Assembly: GCA_964270895.1 (NCBI GenBank)
Contig: OZ185440.1
Source of the DNA: Podarcis filfolensis
Lineage: Eukaryota
Direction: 5' to 3' (one strand)
DNA: 64,000 nt
The notes beneath the pieces are model-generated. The model did not search any database. It saw only the letters and a program-made list of their open reading frames with translations, and was not told where the DNA came from. A program made the translations under genes and the position numbers. This document shows, piece after piece, positions 36,036 through 48,495 of this stretch; the first letter of the stretch is position 1, and each line of letters opens with the position of its first letter.

Positions 36036-36062
36036 TTACTTACTTACTTACTTACTTACTTA
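36036..36062. repeat. (TTAC)n tetranucleotide microsatellite in DMAP1 intron 1
   Basis: ttacttacttacttacttacttactta. Confidence 0.95.
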
Positions 36063-36807
36063 GGAATTAATTTTCTCTTCTCCATACAGTTAACTTACCG
36101 AAAATACAAGCACCTGCAACAGTCTTGGCAGGCACATGAAACTTCTATACCCATGGGACTAATGACCAGAGCTTTGTTTATTCCATGCACCCGTGTGTTT
36201 TCCACCAAACTGCAGAACCTGATATTTATGTTATGTTATATTATGTGAAAAGCACAGGCAGCATCTGATAAAGACTTAGAATCCTAGGGATGGGCGTTTC
36301 GTGTCAGCTATGTGTCTGTGTCTACTATGGTTGCTCCTCGCTATCACCATCACTACAAGTCTATATACAAATCAATCTTCTTGCCATTCCCTGCTAACAG
36401 TCTATGTCAAAAGCAGCAGACAAATTATTTGAAAACCTGAATCTCTGAAGCAGGAAAAAAATAAACATAATCACATCTATGTAATCTAGCCAAACCAAAT
36501 TTAGAAATTTTAGTAGATTACACACATGCCTGGTGTCAAACTTGATTAGCAAGAGTTAAATAAAAGAGCTCCTTTGCATCCACTGTCCAATATATAATGG
36601 TATCCAGGCCCAGACACGACATAAAATAGAAAAAGAAGTTGAATAAGAAACCATAACAAAACAATTCTGTTTATAAAATTCTGTTTATATAAACAACTAT
36701 TCTGAAATATGGAGGTAGACAAGCATTAGGAAGCGGATACTGGCCTGGTTTGCATGTCACATTAAACCATAGTTTAAAACAAACTATAGTTTAAAATGAA
36801 CAAGTGC

Positions 36808-36914
36808 CATGGGCGTAACCAAGGGGGGCAGCTGCCCCCTCAAAATCAATAAAAATCAATAAAAATACATAGCTGAGGCCTGCCCCCACCACAAAAATCC
36901 TGGCTACATCCATG
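36808..36914. mobile_element. hAT MITE (107 bp) in DMAP1 intron 1
   Basis: TIRs catgggcgtaacc/ggctacatccatg; perfect 8-bp TSD acaagtgc. Confidence 0.85.
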
Positions 36915-37546
36915 ACAAGTGCTCAAACATTCTCACAGAATTCCTACTCTGTTCCTGCTGCACTGCAGACAGAACAAGTCAGGGTCTGGCTAGTTATGTG
37001 ATCCAAACCTGGGCTCGTGGCTTGTTCCTCTCCAAATGAAACATGAGTGGGTGATCACAACAAATCTTAGGTACACTCATGCTTTGTGTAGAGCCATATC
37101 CACAGCACAGCACTGGTAGGAATGGGGGAAGTGCTGTGGGAAATTTTGATCCATTTGCACCAGGATGCTGCTCATTCACATTAAACCATTATTTGTTGTA
37201 AACTATGGTATAATGAGATGTGCAAAGTGGGCCACTGAAATATACGTGCACAAACCTTAATCCCTGTTATTAAAAAGGGGCCTAAAGATATCCCACACAA
37301 TAACACGGACTTTATTTGCTGCTTTGTCCACTCCTGCAGTCACTTGATGGCATCGGACCTGAAAGCTATAGCAGTTCCCAGAGCAGGTTTCTGCCTGCCC
37401 TCTTGCCTTCTGCCCAAGCCACTGTGAACAACAGGGCTGCAGAGGAGGCAGTGTCTCTGCCCATCTGTCCTCTCCCACTACTGCCTGGCTGCACTTTAGA
37501 TCGCCCCGCTGCTCCCTGATAAGAACATCAAGTGCAATCCTAACTA

Positions 37547-37788
37547 CAGTGGTACCTCGGGTTAAGTACTTAATTTGTTCCAGAGATCCGTTCTTAACCT
37601 GAAACTGTTCTTAACCTGAAGCACCACTTTAGCTAATGGGGCCTCCTGCTGCCGCCGCACCACCGGAACACGATTTCTGTTCTCATCCTGAAGCAAAGTT
37701 CTTAACCTGAGGTAATATTTATGGGTTAGCGGAGTCTGTTACCTTAAGTGTATGTAACCTGAAGCGTATGTAACCCGAGGTACCACTG
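37547..37788. mobile_element. Tigger/pogo-like (Tc1-mariner) MITE, 242 bp, in DMAP1 intron 1
   Basis: Perfect TIR cagtggtacctcgggtta and TA TSDs; internal aacctgaa repeats. Confidence 0.92.
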
Positions 37789-37849
37789 TATGTCTACTCA
37801 GACAGAAGTCCTCCTAAACTCAATGGAGCTTACTCCCAAGCATGTGGGG

Positions 37850-38800
37850 CTAGGACGGCAGCCTTAGTTGGAATTCGGGAGTTCAATCTTCGGCCTGAAT
37901 TGTTGCATTAGGAATGGAACAATATTTCTGGAATAGTATTGAGATAGCGTTACATTTCGACAAATATATGTTTTTCATGATGTTTTGGCGTGGACTTTTT
38001 CCTATGGTAGCGCTGGAGTTCCGGAGCCCCAAGGGAAAAGACACCGGATACTAATGAAAGATACATCCCCCAGCTCTCCTCCACATACGCTGCAGCCCGC
38101 TCAAATGGCCCCAGGCTCCCCAAACCGTGTATATCAACTCCGCGCGCCTCAAGTTTCCCGCTCTTCACGGTTTCTTACTCAGTCCCAACTCCCAGCGTAT
38201 CCCCCACGCACATTCCCCTTTCCCTTCCCCCGTACCTCACGCTTTCCTTTCACGCGCTACCAACCCTAAACCAGCAGCAGCGGACACCGGTTGTGCAGCG
38301 CCGATACGGGAATCCCAATACTACTTCCGGTCCCCGTTTATCCGAGAATCGTTTCCCACTTGGGTCCGAACGTGCAACACCAATTGTGGCTCGGCTAGCG
38401 TCAAGAGTTCGAACTTGCTGGTTCCGTTTCCCCGCTTGAAGTGGAAAAAAACTTTCTAAAATTTTGACGATAAAGTACAGGGTGGAGAGTAGCCGTAAAA
38501 CTAATATCACTATAATAATAGAATGCGGATATAAAGTAGAATGCGGATGGCGATTGCTTTGTTTGCGTCAAATTCTGATGCGATTTTCACTATACAAGGG
38601 GCATGGCAAACAGAGGCAACGCCCCTCAGTCGATGTCAGAGCATCGCTACTAAAAAGTAAGGCTGTGTGTATGTTGAAGCTACATTTTACAATATAGGTA
38701 AAAGCAGGGGATGCTACTGCGCCTGTAACATCTTACAGCATGTTTTCCGTCCTCCCCTTAACGCACGCTGCATAAATTCTTAAACTGGATGATCGCCATA
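37850..38800. promoter_or_regulatory. CpG-rich housekeeping promoter of DMAP1
   Basis: CpG density is clearly above the rest of the window. Perfect ETS/GABPA motif CCGGAAGT (minus strand, 38323-38330) and the palindrome GGGAATCCC at 38308-38316; no obvious TATA box. Confidence 0.8.
38236..38330 (-). other. DMAP1: Probable non-coding exon 1 of DMAP1
   Basis: Lies in the CpG-rich region with no ATG; ends at ...aaagc|GTGAG|GTACGG, which offers two possible donors (exon end 38241 or 38236). The TSS is not directly observable. Confidence 0.7.
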
Positions 38801-39489
38801 ACGGTTTTTCTTTTTAAAAAAGTTAGGAATTTTAGTACAATATTTATTCCCACAAGTGATCTTAGTGGTATTTCCATAGAATAGCTACAAATCAAACACA
38901 TCCAGTCTGATTTAAACAGACAAAACAATTTATTCCCCAGTATCTGTGTTAAAGGCAAAGGATGTGATGAGAGCTGTAGTCCATCAAAGGAGGAGAAAAA
39001 TCCAAGGGAGGAGGACAGACCCCCTGGAAAATCTATGCAATAATTTGAAGAGACAGTGATTAACTGCGAGAGGGGAGGAGGGCAGACTCCTCACAGAGTC
39101 TATGCAGTAATTTGCAGCCGACTTCTGCAATTGGGCACTCCTGGATCCAGTGCTTTAGGTTACTGAATGGCTGTTGTGGCCAGGACTACTTTTGCCCAGC
39201 TGTTATCATGCCAGTTGCACTGATTTCTGGAAAAAGCAAAACTAGTCAGGGTAACACATCCCTTAGTTACACTGAGATGTCAATGTGTTCTATATAGGGC
39301 TGCTTTCAAAAAGCATCCCAAAAATGCAGCTGGTTCAAACTGAAGTTATGAGGCTTTTTATGAGAGTCAGTTTTATTGCGTATCATGTCACTCTGATTTT
39401 ATTCCAACTTTACTGACAGCCAGTTCTTTTCCAGGTCTAATTAAAAGTGCAGGGTGGGAAATAGAGGAGCATCCTCTGTAAAGTAGAAC

Positions 39490-39680
39490 ACATAGCCACC
39501 AGGAGTGCCAACTTGAATAAAATAGGGGGGTCCGGGTAAGCCCCTCCCCACATAATCAATCACAAGACATGAGACACACACACACCATTTGAATGGCAAT
39601 GCCCATCAACTTGGCAGGGAGCCCCTGAAATATTTTAGGGGGGCACGAAGAGACCTCAGCCCCTAGGAGTTGGCTCCTAT
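39490..39680. mobile_element. hAT MITE
   Basis: caggagtgccaactt...gagttggctcctatg; flanks atagccac/atggctac (6/8). Confidence 0.6.
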
Positions 39681-41211
39681 GATGGCTACCCTATCAATGT
39701 GGGTTCCATATGTTGATATCAATACTGAAAGTAGCATTTACTTACCACAAATGGTATTTAGTTGTACATATGAGTAAAAACAATCTGATGCACAATAATT
39801 ATTTCCCTTTGCTCATACTTCTTCACTGTACCCATGATGGATAGACAGACAGACAGACAGACCCACATGCTCATTGCAGGTACCACACTATCCAGGGAAC
39901 ATTCTGTGTCAGGTTACATGCTCAGTAAGCTTTCAGCAGAATCTTTTCCTTCCTGCCTGGAGAAAGAAACTGCAGAGATAGAAAAATCACAATAACTTCC
40001 TGGACAATTTTATGCAAATAGAGACAGACAGTGCATGTATGCACCCTCACCAGAAGAGAGCAGCACTCACCACAAGAAAGAACCATTGCTGGCGATCACA
40101 TTCCCTCTGCCAGAACACAGACTCTCACATGCTGAGCTGTGGGATGCATCCTTTGCTGAGCAGACGTAAGTTTTGCCAAAATGTATTCACATATGCAATC
40201 ACATCTCATTGTTGGGGTGGAGAGTGGATGTATTTGTCCTGTCTTTCTCTCTCAGTAGCATGTGTAAGTATTGTGTTCCACAGAGAGACTAAGGGCTTGT
40301 CCACACAGAATTTACTGTGTGGTTGCTTAATTTGTGCTGTCAAATAACACAAAAATCTATGCTTTCCCCTGTAAATTTGACTTTGTCCAATATGGAGATA
40401 ATCCAAAAAGTTGAGGAAATTGGGCTCCAAATTGCTCCACTCGGGGGTCACAGAAAATTTGCTTTGGTGTTTTGGGGTGGGAGGATCAACCATTAATTTC
40501 TGCTCTTCTCCTTTCCACACCCACTACTGCCTCAATGCTTTCATTTCTTTTCTGACCATGTTAATAAGTTTCTGGTGTAGTCCTGAACCAAGGAGCATAA
40601 CTGTATACTGTATATATTAAAAGAAATTTAAAATGCATACTTAGTGTTAAGTCAGGATAGCAAACCATGTTCAGCTGAGGGCCTCATTCCCTTCTGGGCA
40701 ACTTTCCAGGGACCACGTGGTGACAGAGGCAAAAGTGGGTGGGGCAATTAATGTAATTTTTAGCTTTGTACGCTAGGCTTGGTTTTTATACACACACACA
40801 CCCCTCTCTAGTCTCCATCCAGACAAGAGGCATGAAGAGACTTCAAAGGTACATTCCAGCCAGGCAAACCCTCAAAGAGGTTACAAAGCAGCACCAGTGA
40901 GGGATGTGGCCTGGAGAATGGGGATGTGGCTGAGGAGGAGCTTTGGCTTGAGGAGAATCCTGCATTCAGCCCCAAGCCTGAGGTTCCCCCCCCCCACCTG
41001 CTATCCATGTTTTACTAATGCTAGGTGTAATCCAGCCAACACCCACCCCCACAAAATACACTGGCGCTATCCTCTCTGTGGGGAAGGGGGTGGGAGAAGT
41101 GTCCTTATGTGTGCTCTTATTTTTAACTGAGAGAGATGCGCTTCTGTGACATGTAGCTTCAAATTCCTCCTTCAACAAGCCTTCTAAAATATTCATCCCC
41201 ATTGATATCTG

Positions 41212-41378
41212 AAGTGCTTTTTTTCTACAAAAATGTTTAGGGGTACTCTCATTTTGACTCAAGAAAATCACCATTATAGTTCAAATCGGGGGGGGGGATA
41301 CAGTACAGTAAATGGACAAAAGTATGAAGATTCACAAAATGCTTAGGGGCATGCGTACCCCCCAGAAAAAAAGCACTG
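41212..41378. mobile_element. hAT MITE (cagtgcttttt family), copy A
   Basis: TIRs gtgcttttt/aaaaaagcactg; TSD gatatctg/ggtatctg (7/8). Confidence 0.8.
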
Positions 41379-42482
41379 GGTATCTGTCTTGGATTTGAAT
41401 TGATTTTATGTATGTTCTCTTGTTGTTTTAAACTGGTTTTGTATATATATAATTGTTTTATTTAAATGGTTTTTATATATACAATTTTTTTATATATGGC
41501 TGCTATTCTATTTTATATTGATTCAGAATGACTCATAGGAAGCAATTCTTAAATGAAATTAATAACTATAATAATGTTAATAATAGTCCAAATTAGTCCA
41601 TTTTACTCCTGCAGGTTTTTATTTTTAAACATCACTTGGAGAAATCCTGCGATCTGTCAAACCACATCCAAAAGCTGAGTGTTCATAAGCTGGGTGCTTC
41701 AGCTATGCTGGTTGTGAGTTCTACAATTCGCAGACATGTATGGCAGGGGTGTATATTTTAAAACTTCAGGGAGTAAATAAGAAAGCACCAGGAAAAAATG
41801 TGGAAGCATCAGATAGACCTCACATGGAATATTTTTCAAATACACCCTGCTGAGTTTTCAAATGAATTAGATCCTTTGTTCTCACAACCTTGCTAGGGAA
41901 ACCATTTTAGAATGTCACACTTTGGATTATTTGAAAGCCTCTTTTTATCTTCAATCCAAATTCAGTGCAAGCTCCCAGGGGACACTCTCTCCAGCTGGGT
42001 CACTTCTGTGTATGCAGGAGCCTTTTTGCCTTTGCACAGTGGTTTTTGTTAGTTTTCAACCCTTAACTCCTTTCTCTGTCCTCCACAATACCCTTTGGTA
42101 AGCCCCCACCCCTCACATCTCCTGTACACAACTTCTCCAATTTGGGAGTAACCCAGGCTCTGTCTATAGTATAAATACACTGTGTGCATCAATAAACAAA
42201 GATAGTTAGAAACTTCCTGCCAACTACTAACTGAAGTCCACTCTGTGCACTTGCCTGCTTCTTGAAACAGAGCTCCCTTTACCTAGGTCAATAAAAGTGA
42301 TATTTTACGAACAACCCCTACACCTGAAATAGACCTCCAGAGAGGCTGTGACTTTGAGCTGTAGAAGTACAGGTTGGCAGCTATCCCCTCTTGATTAGCC
42401 CCTTTCCTCAAGTCACCCAGCATCATTTCTCCCGTGGGCTCCATATACCAGTTCAGCATCTAAACCTTCTTAATGTGTTTTA

Positions 42483-42812
42483 GGTTATGTTCACATTATA
42501 CCTTTAAACAGTGCTTTTTTCTGGGGGTACGCATATCCCTAAACATTTTGTGAATCTAAGTTTGGCCTCATTGAGGGGCAGTATTTCAATATGAGTAGGA
42601 AAATGAGAGTACCCCTAAACATTATTTTAGAAAGAAAAAAAAGCATTGCCTTTAAAACACATTATTTTCTTCAAAATAATTCTGGGCACTGTAGTCTACC
42701 CCTCACAGAGTTACAATTTCCCAGCACCCTTTAACAAACTACAGTACCCAGAATTCATTGCAGGCATAAATGTGCTTCAAATGTATTTTAGAGGTATAGT
42801 GTGTACACAGCC
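42483..42812. mobile_element. PIF/Harbinger-like MITE hosting hAT copy B
   Basis: TIRs ggttatgttcaca/tgtgtacacagcc; TTA TSD on both sides. Uninterrupted relatives at about 46292-46450 and 51441-51626. Confidence 0.75.
42509..42648. mobile_element. hAT MITE (cagtgcttttt family), copy B, inverted relative to copy A
   Basis: Perfect 8-bp TSD cctttaaa; internal sequence is the reverse complement of copy A. Confidence 0.88.
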
Positions 42813-45254
42813 TTAGACTTATTATTGGGCCAAAATGTTGATTCTAGCTATTTGCTCTACAATATCACCCTTTCCAGGTCCGCCTCTCCTCTCAGCATTA
42901 ATTCCTGCTTAAATATCAGAGGGAAAAGGAACTCAGCATTCCTTCTTTAAATGGCAACTTGCCAGACCTTGAAGGGAAAACAGAGTCCATTTGCCAAAAA
43001 CTGTCCCAGACACTATGTGCGTGTAGGTGTGTGTGTGAGAGAGAGCAGCTAATTATACTCTGAATATGAATCAGTAGTGCAACGCCAACAAACAGGGACT
43101 TACTGCTGCACCTCAATCATAAAAGCCCAAGCGCAGACTTGCTGAATAAAATTCTAGTTCAACAGCTTGTTTCAAATTAATGTAGTGCTGGCTCCAAGTT
43201 CTGGGGGTCTCTTGGGCTAGGTGTCCTCAGTGTGTGTATTTGGGGTGGGGGAAACTTCTCGGGGGGGGGGGACCTTCTGTCTACTCACTTTCTTGCCCCA
43301 CTATCCCTTCCAGCCCCATCATGCCAACTCTATGCCCATAACATACCCTGGGGTTTGTTTGTTTTTGTCCTTTACGCTGGTGTAACTTATTCCAGTTTAA
43401 TTGCTGCCAACAGGGCTTTTTCTCAGCAAGCATAAATAGAAAGGCTTAGCTGGGATAGGGCAATATATACACTGGGAGAGGTGAGGATGTGGTGTATAAA
43501 TTTGACCTTTACTGCTGCTTTTAAAAAGAAGACATACTAACTGAAGACAATTCAGAAGACAGCAACACAATCTGATTCTGGGTGATGTATGGCAAAAGGT
43601 AAAAGGACATGTGTAGCTTGAGGAGGAAAATAATAACGGAAAGTGTTGGGGTTGGTTTTTTTTTTAAAAAAACTTCCTATACATGCCTACTCAGAATCAA
43701 GTCCCATTGATTTCAGTGAGACTTCTTCCCAGGTAAGTGGGATAGGTTCAAATAATAGTATAATCATTGCAGCTGGAATGAACAAAACCCAGCCTCTTCA
43801 ACCTCAAATATAAGTTAAGAATGGCTCGCCATGAGTGAAATGGCATCCTTTGCCTGTATGTGCTTCAAATCGCTCAAGCAAACCAGCCAAACAGGAACAC
43901 CATTTAGGGAGGAGAGGAACCCCCACCCCCGACCACACAAGCGATAATGTACTCATATCTCTGGCCAGCTTTCTGCCTCTGTACAACTGCTTGACTATTG
44001 TTCTGAACAATTAAACAATCCTAAGAACTAGGTATGCATGTCAAAAGCACAAGCTTATTTGCTTCTAAAATGAATGCCTTGTTTATTTTGTTCTGATAGC
44101 ATTACTATTATTAGGAGATACGAAATGATACCGACAATAACCACAACACATCTTTATAAAATGCATTGCCTTTTCACAATTTAACCTTAAAAATGTATTT
44201 GGGTTGTATCTTTGGGCCCTGCTAATTTGGGGGCTTTCTGCAGAAAAGTGAAATATCAGTCTTGAACCGAGCCATGTGCAGCCATTGCTTCCATATTAGC
44301 TGTGTTTTCCATAATACAGTATTCATTCACTCACCATTTTTACAGAGAATCCAGACATCACTGCCAGCCTACCACATTCTAATGTTTTCTCTTGTTTTCC
44401 TGCCTTTTTTCATAAATGATTTGTGCTAGCTTCATCCTTGCCTCTTTCATTTAAAGCTGCTAGTGTCCCTGTAATTAGTTCCTTCACTTCTGTGCCCATG
44501 GCATCCCTGGATTGGCTGTAATTAGTTAGCTCCTGCTCCATGGAGTGTGTGTATTAATGACTAGTTTCCTGTTTGCAGATATGCGTGATTGTTCTAATTC
44601 ATTTTATTTTTAAGAGTGAAATTGCAAAAATGTGCCTAATAAAATAAATAAATAAGCAAGCAAGCAAGCAATTGCTCTGACTGCAAAGAGATATCCAGTG
44701 ATTAAAGCTACTCCACTGTACCCTGGAAACAGCTAATTAAAGGGGCAGAAGCCACTTTAAAAGAAAGAGAAAATAGAGAAGCTACTAATTAAAGAGGCAG
44801 TAGTAAGGAGAAGTAAGACTTTGCTATAGTGGGACATATTGAAGTGCACATTTAGAAGGAACTTGCCCGTTAGGACTGACATTGCTGGGTTTTATAAGGA
44901 AATAGTACTCTATTAGATGCCATATAGAACCCCATTTAATTCCATCGGCTGTGTGCAGAAAAGCAATGTATCAACAGCACCATATAGCCCTAGAGTATAA
45001 GAACCCACAATGGGGAAAAGTGGAGAATAAGTGTTTTTCAAGGCAATGTAGGAACATATAATAGCAGCAGTTTTACATCTCAGTCCTAAGTATAGACTGT
45101 GGACTAAGTCTCCTTAACTTCAGTAAGATTTCTTCTTCATAAGAATGCTTAGATAGGATCATCTTAATAAGTTAAACTTATGTAAGCATCTGTAGGGGAT
45201 GTTTTAGGTTTAGGCATCTTGCCTATGTCTGGAATTAGACTAAAGTCTAAGGTA

Positions 45255-45400
45255 ATTTTAATCTGTTTAGTATTTTAACTTTTGTATGTTTTAAAGTAAG
45301 GGTGTACATTTTTTCTTAATTCTACCATTTTATATTTTTTAAACTGCTTTGAGGATTTTTTCCCCAATCGAGCAGTGTATAAATTTAAATAAATAAATAA
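45255..45400 (+). mobile_element. L2-type 3' tail fragment
   Basis: Aligns by eye to 60235-60370 (tgtttagtattttaactt..tgtatgttttaa.gta.ggtgtac...gctttgagg...aaataaataa). Confidence 0.65.
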
Positions 45401-46291
45401 AGCTCCTCTCCCATATATAAAGCATTTAAATAATTCCCGGACTGTTGCATGGGACACTGCGAGGAGTGGATTCAAGGATGGGTTTGAAGCTCAAGGGAGG
45501 CAGAAGAGCCTGCAGCAGGCAAAGCTCTCCTTTCTCAGCAGTAGAGCTTTACGGTTGCAGCCAATAAAATTGCTGTGTGATCACACACTAAATACATGGC
45601 TGCCTACCAAAAGTTGTGGGGGCAAGGCTCAGAGGGAAGATGATGTCTATAGGTGGGTCCAAATTCAAATATTTGGGAAGTACCACACAATGGTAAACTT
45701 GCTGGACATGCCTATAATGTTGGGGAAGCTTTTGTAATTAACAAAAAATGCTTTAAGATGAATAGCACCAGAGGCTGAGAAACCAAAATAATGCTCTCAT
45801 GTGGTAGTGAGGAAGGAACATATACTCTTTGTCTCTTTCCCAGTTCCACATATATTGCACCCCAGGTAAACGATCGTGATTCTGCTGTGACTCAAGTATA
45901 TGCGTGTGTATTACCATTAGGTTTCCCCAAGTGTGTTTACTGAATGACACTCCTTGTGTGTCTGTGTACTCTCTTGTGACTCACGGCAGCAGTCATTATT
46001 TAATCCCCTCTACTAATTAATAACCAATTTGTTTGATTCCATTACTTGGGTGGAGAGTTCAGAGGGCTATCAAAATAACATTTCACACCTGAGTCCTTTG
46101 CTGCTGCACCTGTCATCACCAGCACTGCATGTGTAGGGAATAATTTTGTGTGGAATCCATTTACATGATGCAAATGTATGGCTTGGCCTACAAAGAACAT
46201 ATGTAGCCCATGGGTCATGGTTTTAATACCTCTGCTATATACATTGCAATAGCATAATATTAAGATGCCAAGGGCCAAACTAGGTATGATT

Positions 46292-46450
46292 GGCAGATCC
46301 ACACCATACATTTAAAGCACATCTAGCTTACATTTAAAGCACATTACTTTCTCCAAAGAATCATGGGGTCTGTGGATTTATGAGGAAGAATCTAGTTCCC
46401 AAAATTCTTGCAGAGAGGTCATGTGCTTTAAATGTATGGTTTGGATGTGG
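46292..46450. mobile_element. Harbinger-like MITE (catacatttaaagcacat family)
   Basis: Inverted ends gatccacaccatacatttaaagcacat / atgtgctttaaatgtatggtttggat. Confidence 0.7.
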
Positions 46451-47234
46451 TTAATGCTAAAAGCATATTGGCATTTAATGTTTCTTAAAATGCAAATTGC
46501 ATCATGGGGTGGGTGGTGATTATTAGGATTGCAGAGTTTTAGAAACACCGATTGCATTAGCCTGGGGGAGTTTCTGGAATTGCAGCAGACATAGAGAGGC
46601 CTGGTGCAAATAGTGGCTTCAGAGAAAGGCTTTTTCTCAGGGCTGCGGCAAGTGAGGAAGAGGGTTAAATAGCCTCTTCAAGCCTGCTGCAATTTAAAAA
46701 ATTATCCACTCTGTTAAGCTGGTGCTATTTTCATTTCTAAAAACCTGCACCTTAAAAGCAAAGGAACAAGTCCACTTAGGCCCTGACACTACCCCTATTA
46801 GGAGGAGGCATTCCTTAAATGGTCACACCAAATTCTCCATCTCCTTGATTCCCTGTGGTAGGCATAGTCATCCCCGTGTAAAGGTCACAGGCAGCTCCTG
46901 GTTAGCGCTGGCAAACTGTTCCCAGTGGCTCAGTGCCAGCTCCTCACCATCTGTGGCTAGAGGTTAATGAACAGCCTACAGTACACAGCACGAGGGTCAT
47001 TAAACAGCAGCCTGACAAGCTAGGCCTGCAAAACAAAAGGGGCTGATTCACACTGTATTTGTCCAGAAATAATATTTGCTTGAGAGAGAAGGAATGTTTG
47101 TGAAGAACGAGTGTGGAAGAGGGAGAACTATTGCAGTGGGGTTGCAGTTATGATGCTGAGTCCAGGTAAAGAGGAAGTGAGTCAATTGAGAGTTATGTGA
47201 GTCTCCCAACTTCTGGGGTGCCCAATCTGGGTTT

Positions 47235-47590
47235 CCCTGAACCAGAGGCGTAGCTGGGGGGGGGCAGGGCACACTGGGCACCACACTGTGGGTAACATCA
47301 CTTACCAGGGCCTGCAGCGCACCCGAGCTATGTGTCTCTCCTGGAAGTGACGTGGTGGCTCAGGTGCCTGCATGCTCCACACTGCCCAAAATGCCAGTGT
47401 AGGACTTGCGTCTGCCCGCTGCCTCCTCCTCAGCCGCCCTACAACTTAAGGGGAGGCTGTGGGCGGACTCCTTGGAGGCTCCACATAGCATGCTCTGCCC
47501 CAGCTCGCCCCACCCACTGGCCCACTGGCCCACTGGGCGCAGGGCTCACGCGACACCCCGGGCACCCGAGCAACTAGCTACACCACTGCA
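47235..47590. mobile_element. GC-rich non-autonomous DNA transposon (hAT-like TIRs)
   Basis: Ends cagaggcgtagct / ctagctacaccactg; no clear TSD. Confidence 0.55.
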
Positions 47591-47739
47591 CCCTGGACAT
47601 AGTCTTAGGATTATGAGAATGAGCTGCAGTAAGTCTCCGTTTCACATGCTCCCTGCCCTGCACTGCCATGGCCATGCAGAAGAATTTGCAAGCCACCACT
47701 TCCACTTTTACATAACCACAGCTTGTCCCATCCTCTGAA

Positions 47740-48495
47740 TTAACACATTTTGATTAATGTTAACAATGTTTGACTTGAAGCTTCTTTCAAACAAACCGTA
47801 GTTACGGTTAACCACACTTTGTTAATTCAGATGACAGGACAAGTTGTGGTTAAGCAAGAATGGAAGCAAAAGTTTTAGAACTCCTTGCAGTTGTGTTGAG
47901 GGACAAGGGAGGAGCACGTGAGCCAAGACTCTGGTTCACACAAAACATTAAACCATGGCTTATTAAACTGTGACTTACCATTATGTGTGAACCCTGCCCA
48001 GCAGCTTAACTAGTTTTGTTAACTGCCAACAAACCACAATCTGAAGCTACAGCTGGTTGATGGCTTACAAACATAAGTTTGTTTTAACTATGGCTTGGTG
48101 TTACATATGAATCCAGTACCCTGTCTTAACCATAGATTGTTTGATCATCCCACTCCAGAAGCTCACCAAACTACAATAAACATGAGGCAAGAGCAAACAA
48201 AACAAACTGAACTTTGAAGTAACAACAATAGTATGTTTGATTGTCTGTGTTTGTTAACTTTTTTATTATTTACTTATATTTATATTATTTTATTAAATTT
48301 ATATCCTGCCCTTCTTCCACTGGTGCCCAGGGCAGAAAACATGTCAGTACAAAACAGTACTATTTAAAAGCAGTTAACCTTCAAAAAACAAATTCATTGT
48401 TTGTTAAACTATGGCTTAAACAAACTATGGCTTAGCATTATGTGTGAACCAGGCCACCAAGGTGTTTTCTTGTAATGCTGAACTATGGTTTAACT
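47740..48495. repeat. Cluster of decayed palindromic MITE fragments (taaaccatag/ctatggttta family; also at 36740-36795 and 37170-37215)
   Basis: Repeated inverted motifs tggttcacaca..taaaccatgg / ctatggcttagcattatgtgtgaaccag. Confidence 0.55.

Noticed and set aside
38387-38417. tRNA-like A box (tggctcggctag) and B box (gagttcgaact) in the promoter
   Set aside because: The boxes are only about 20 nt apart and no cloverleaf forms; not a tRNA or SINE.
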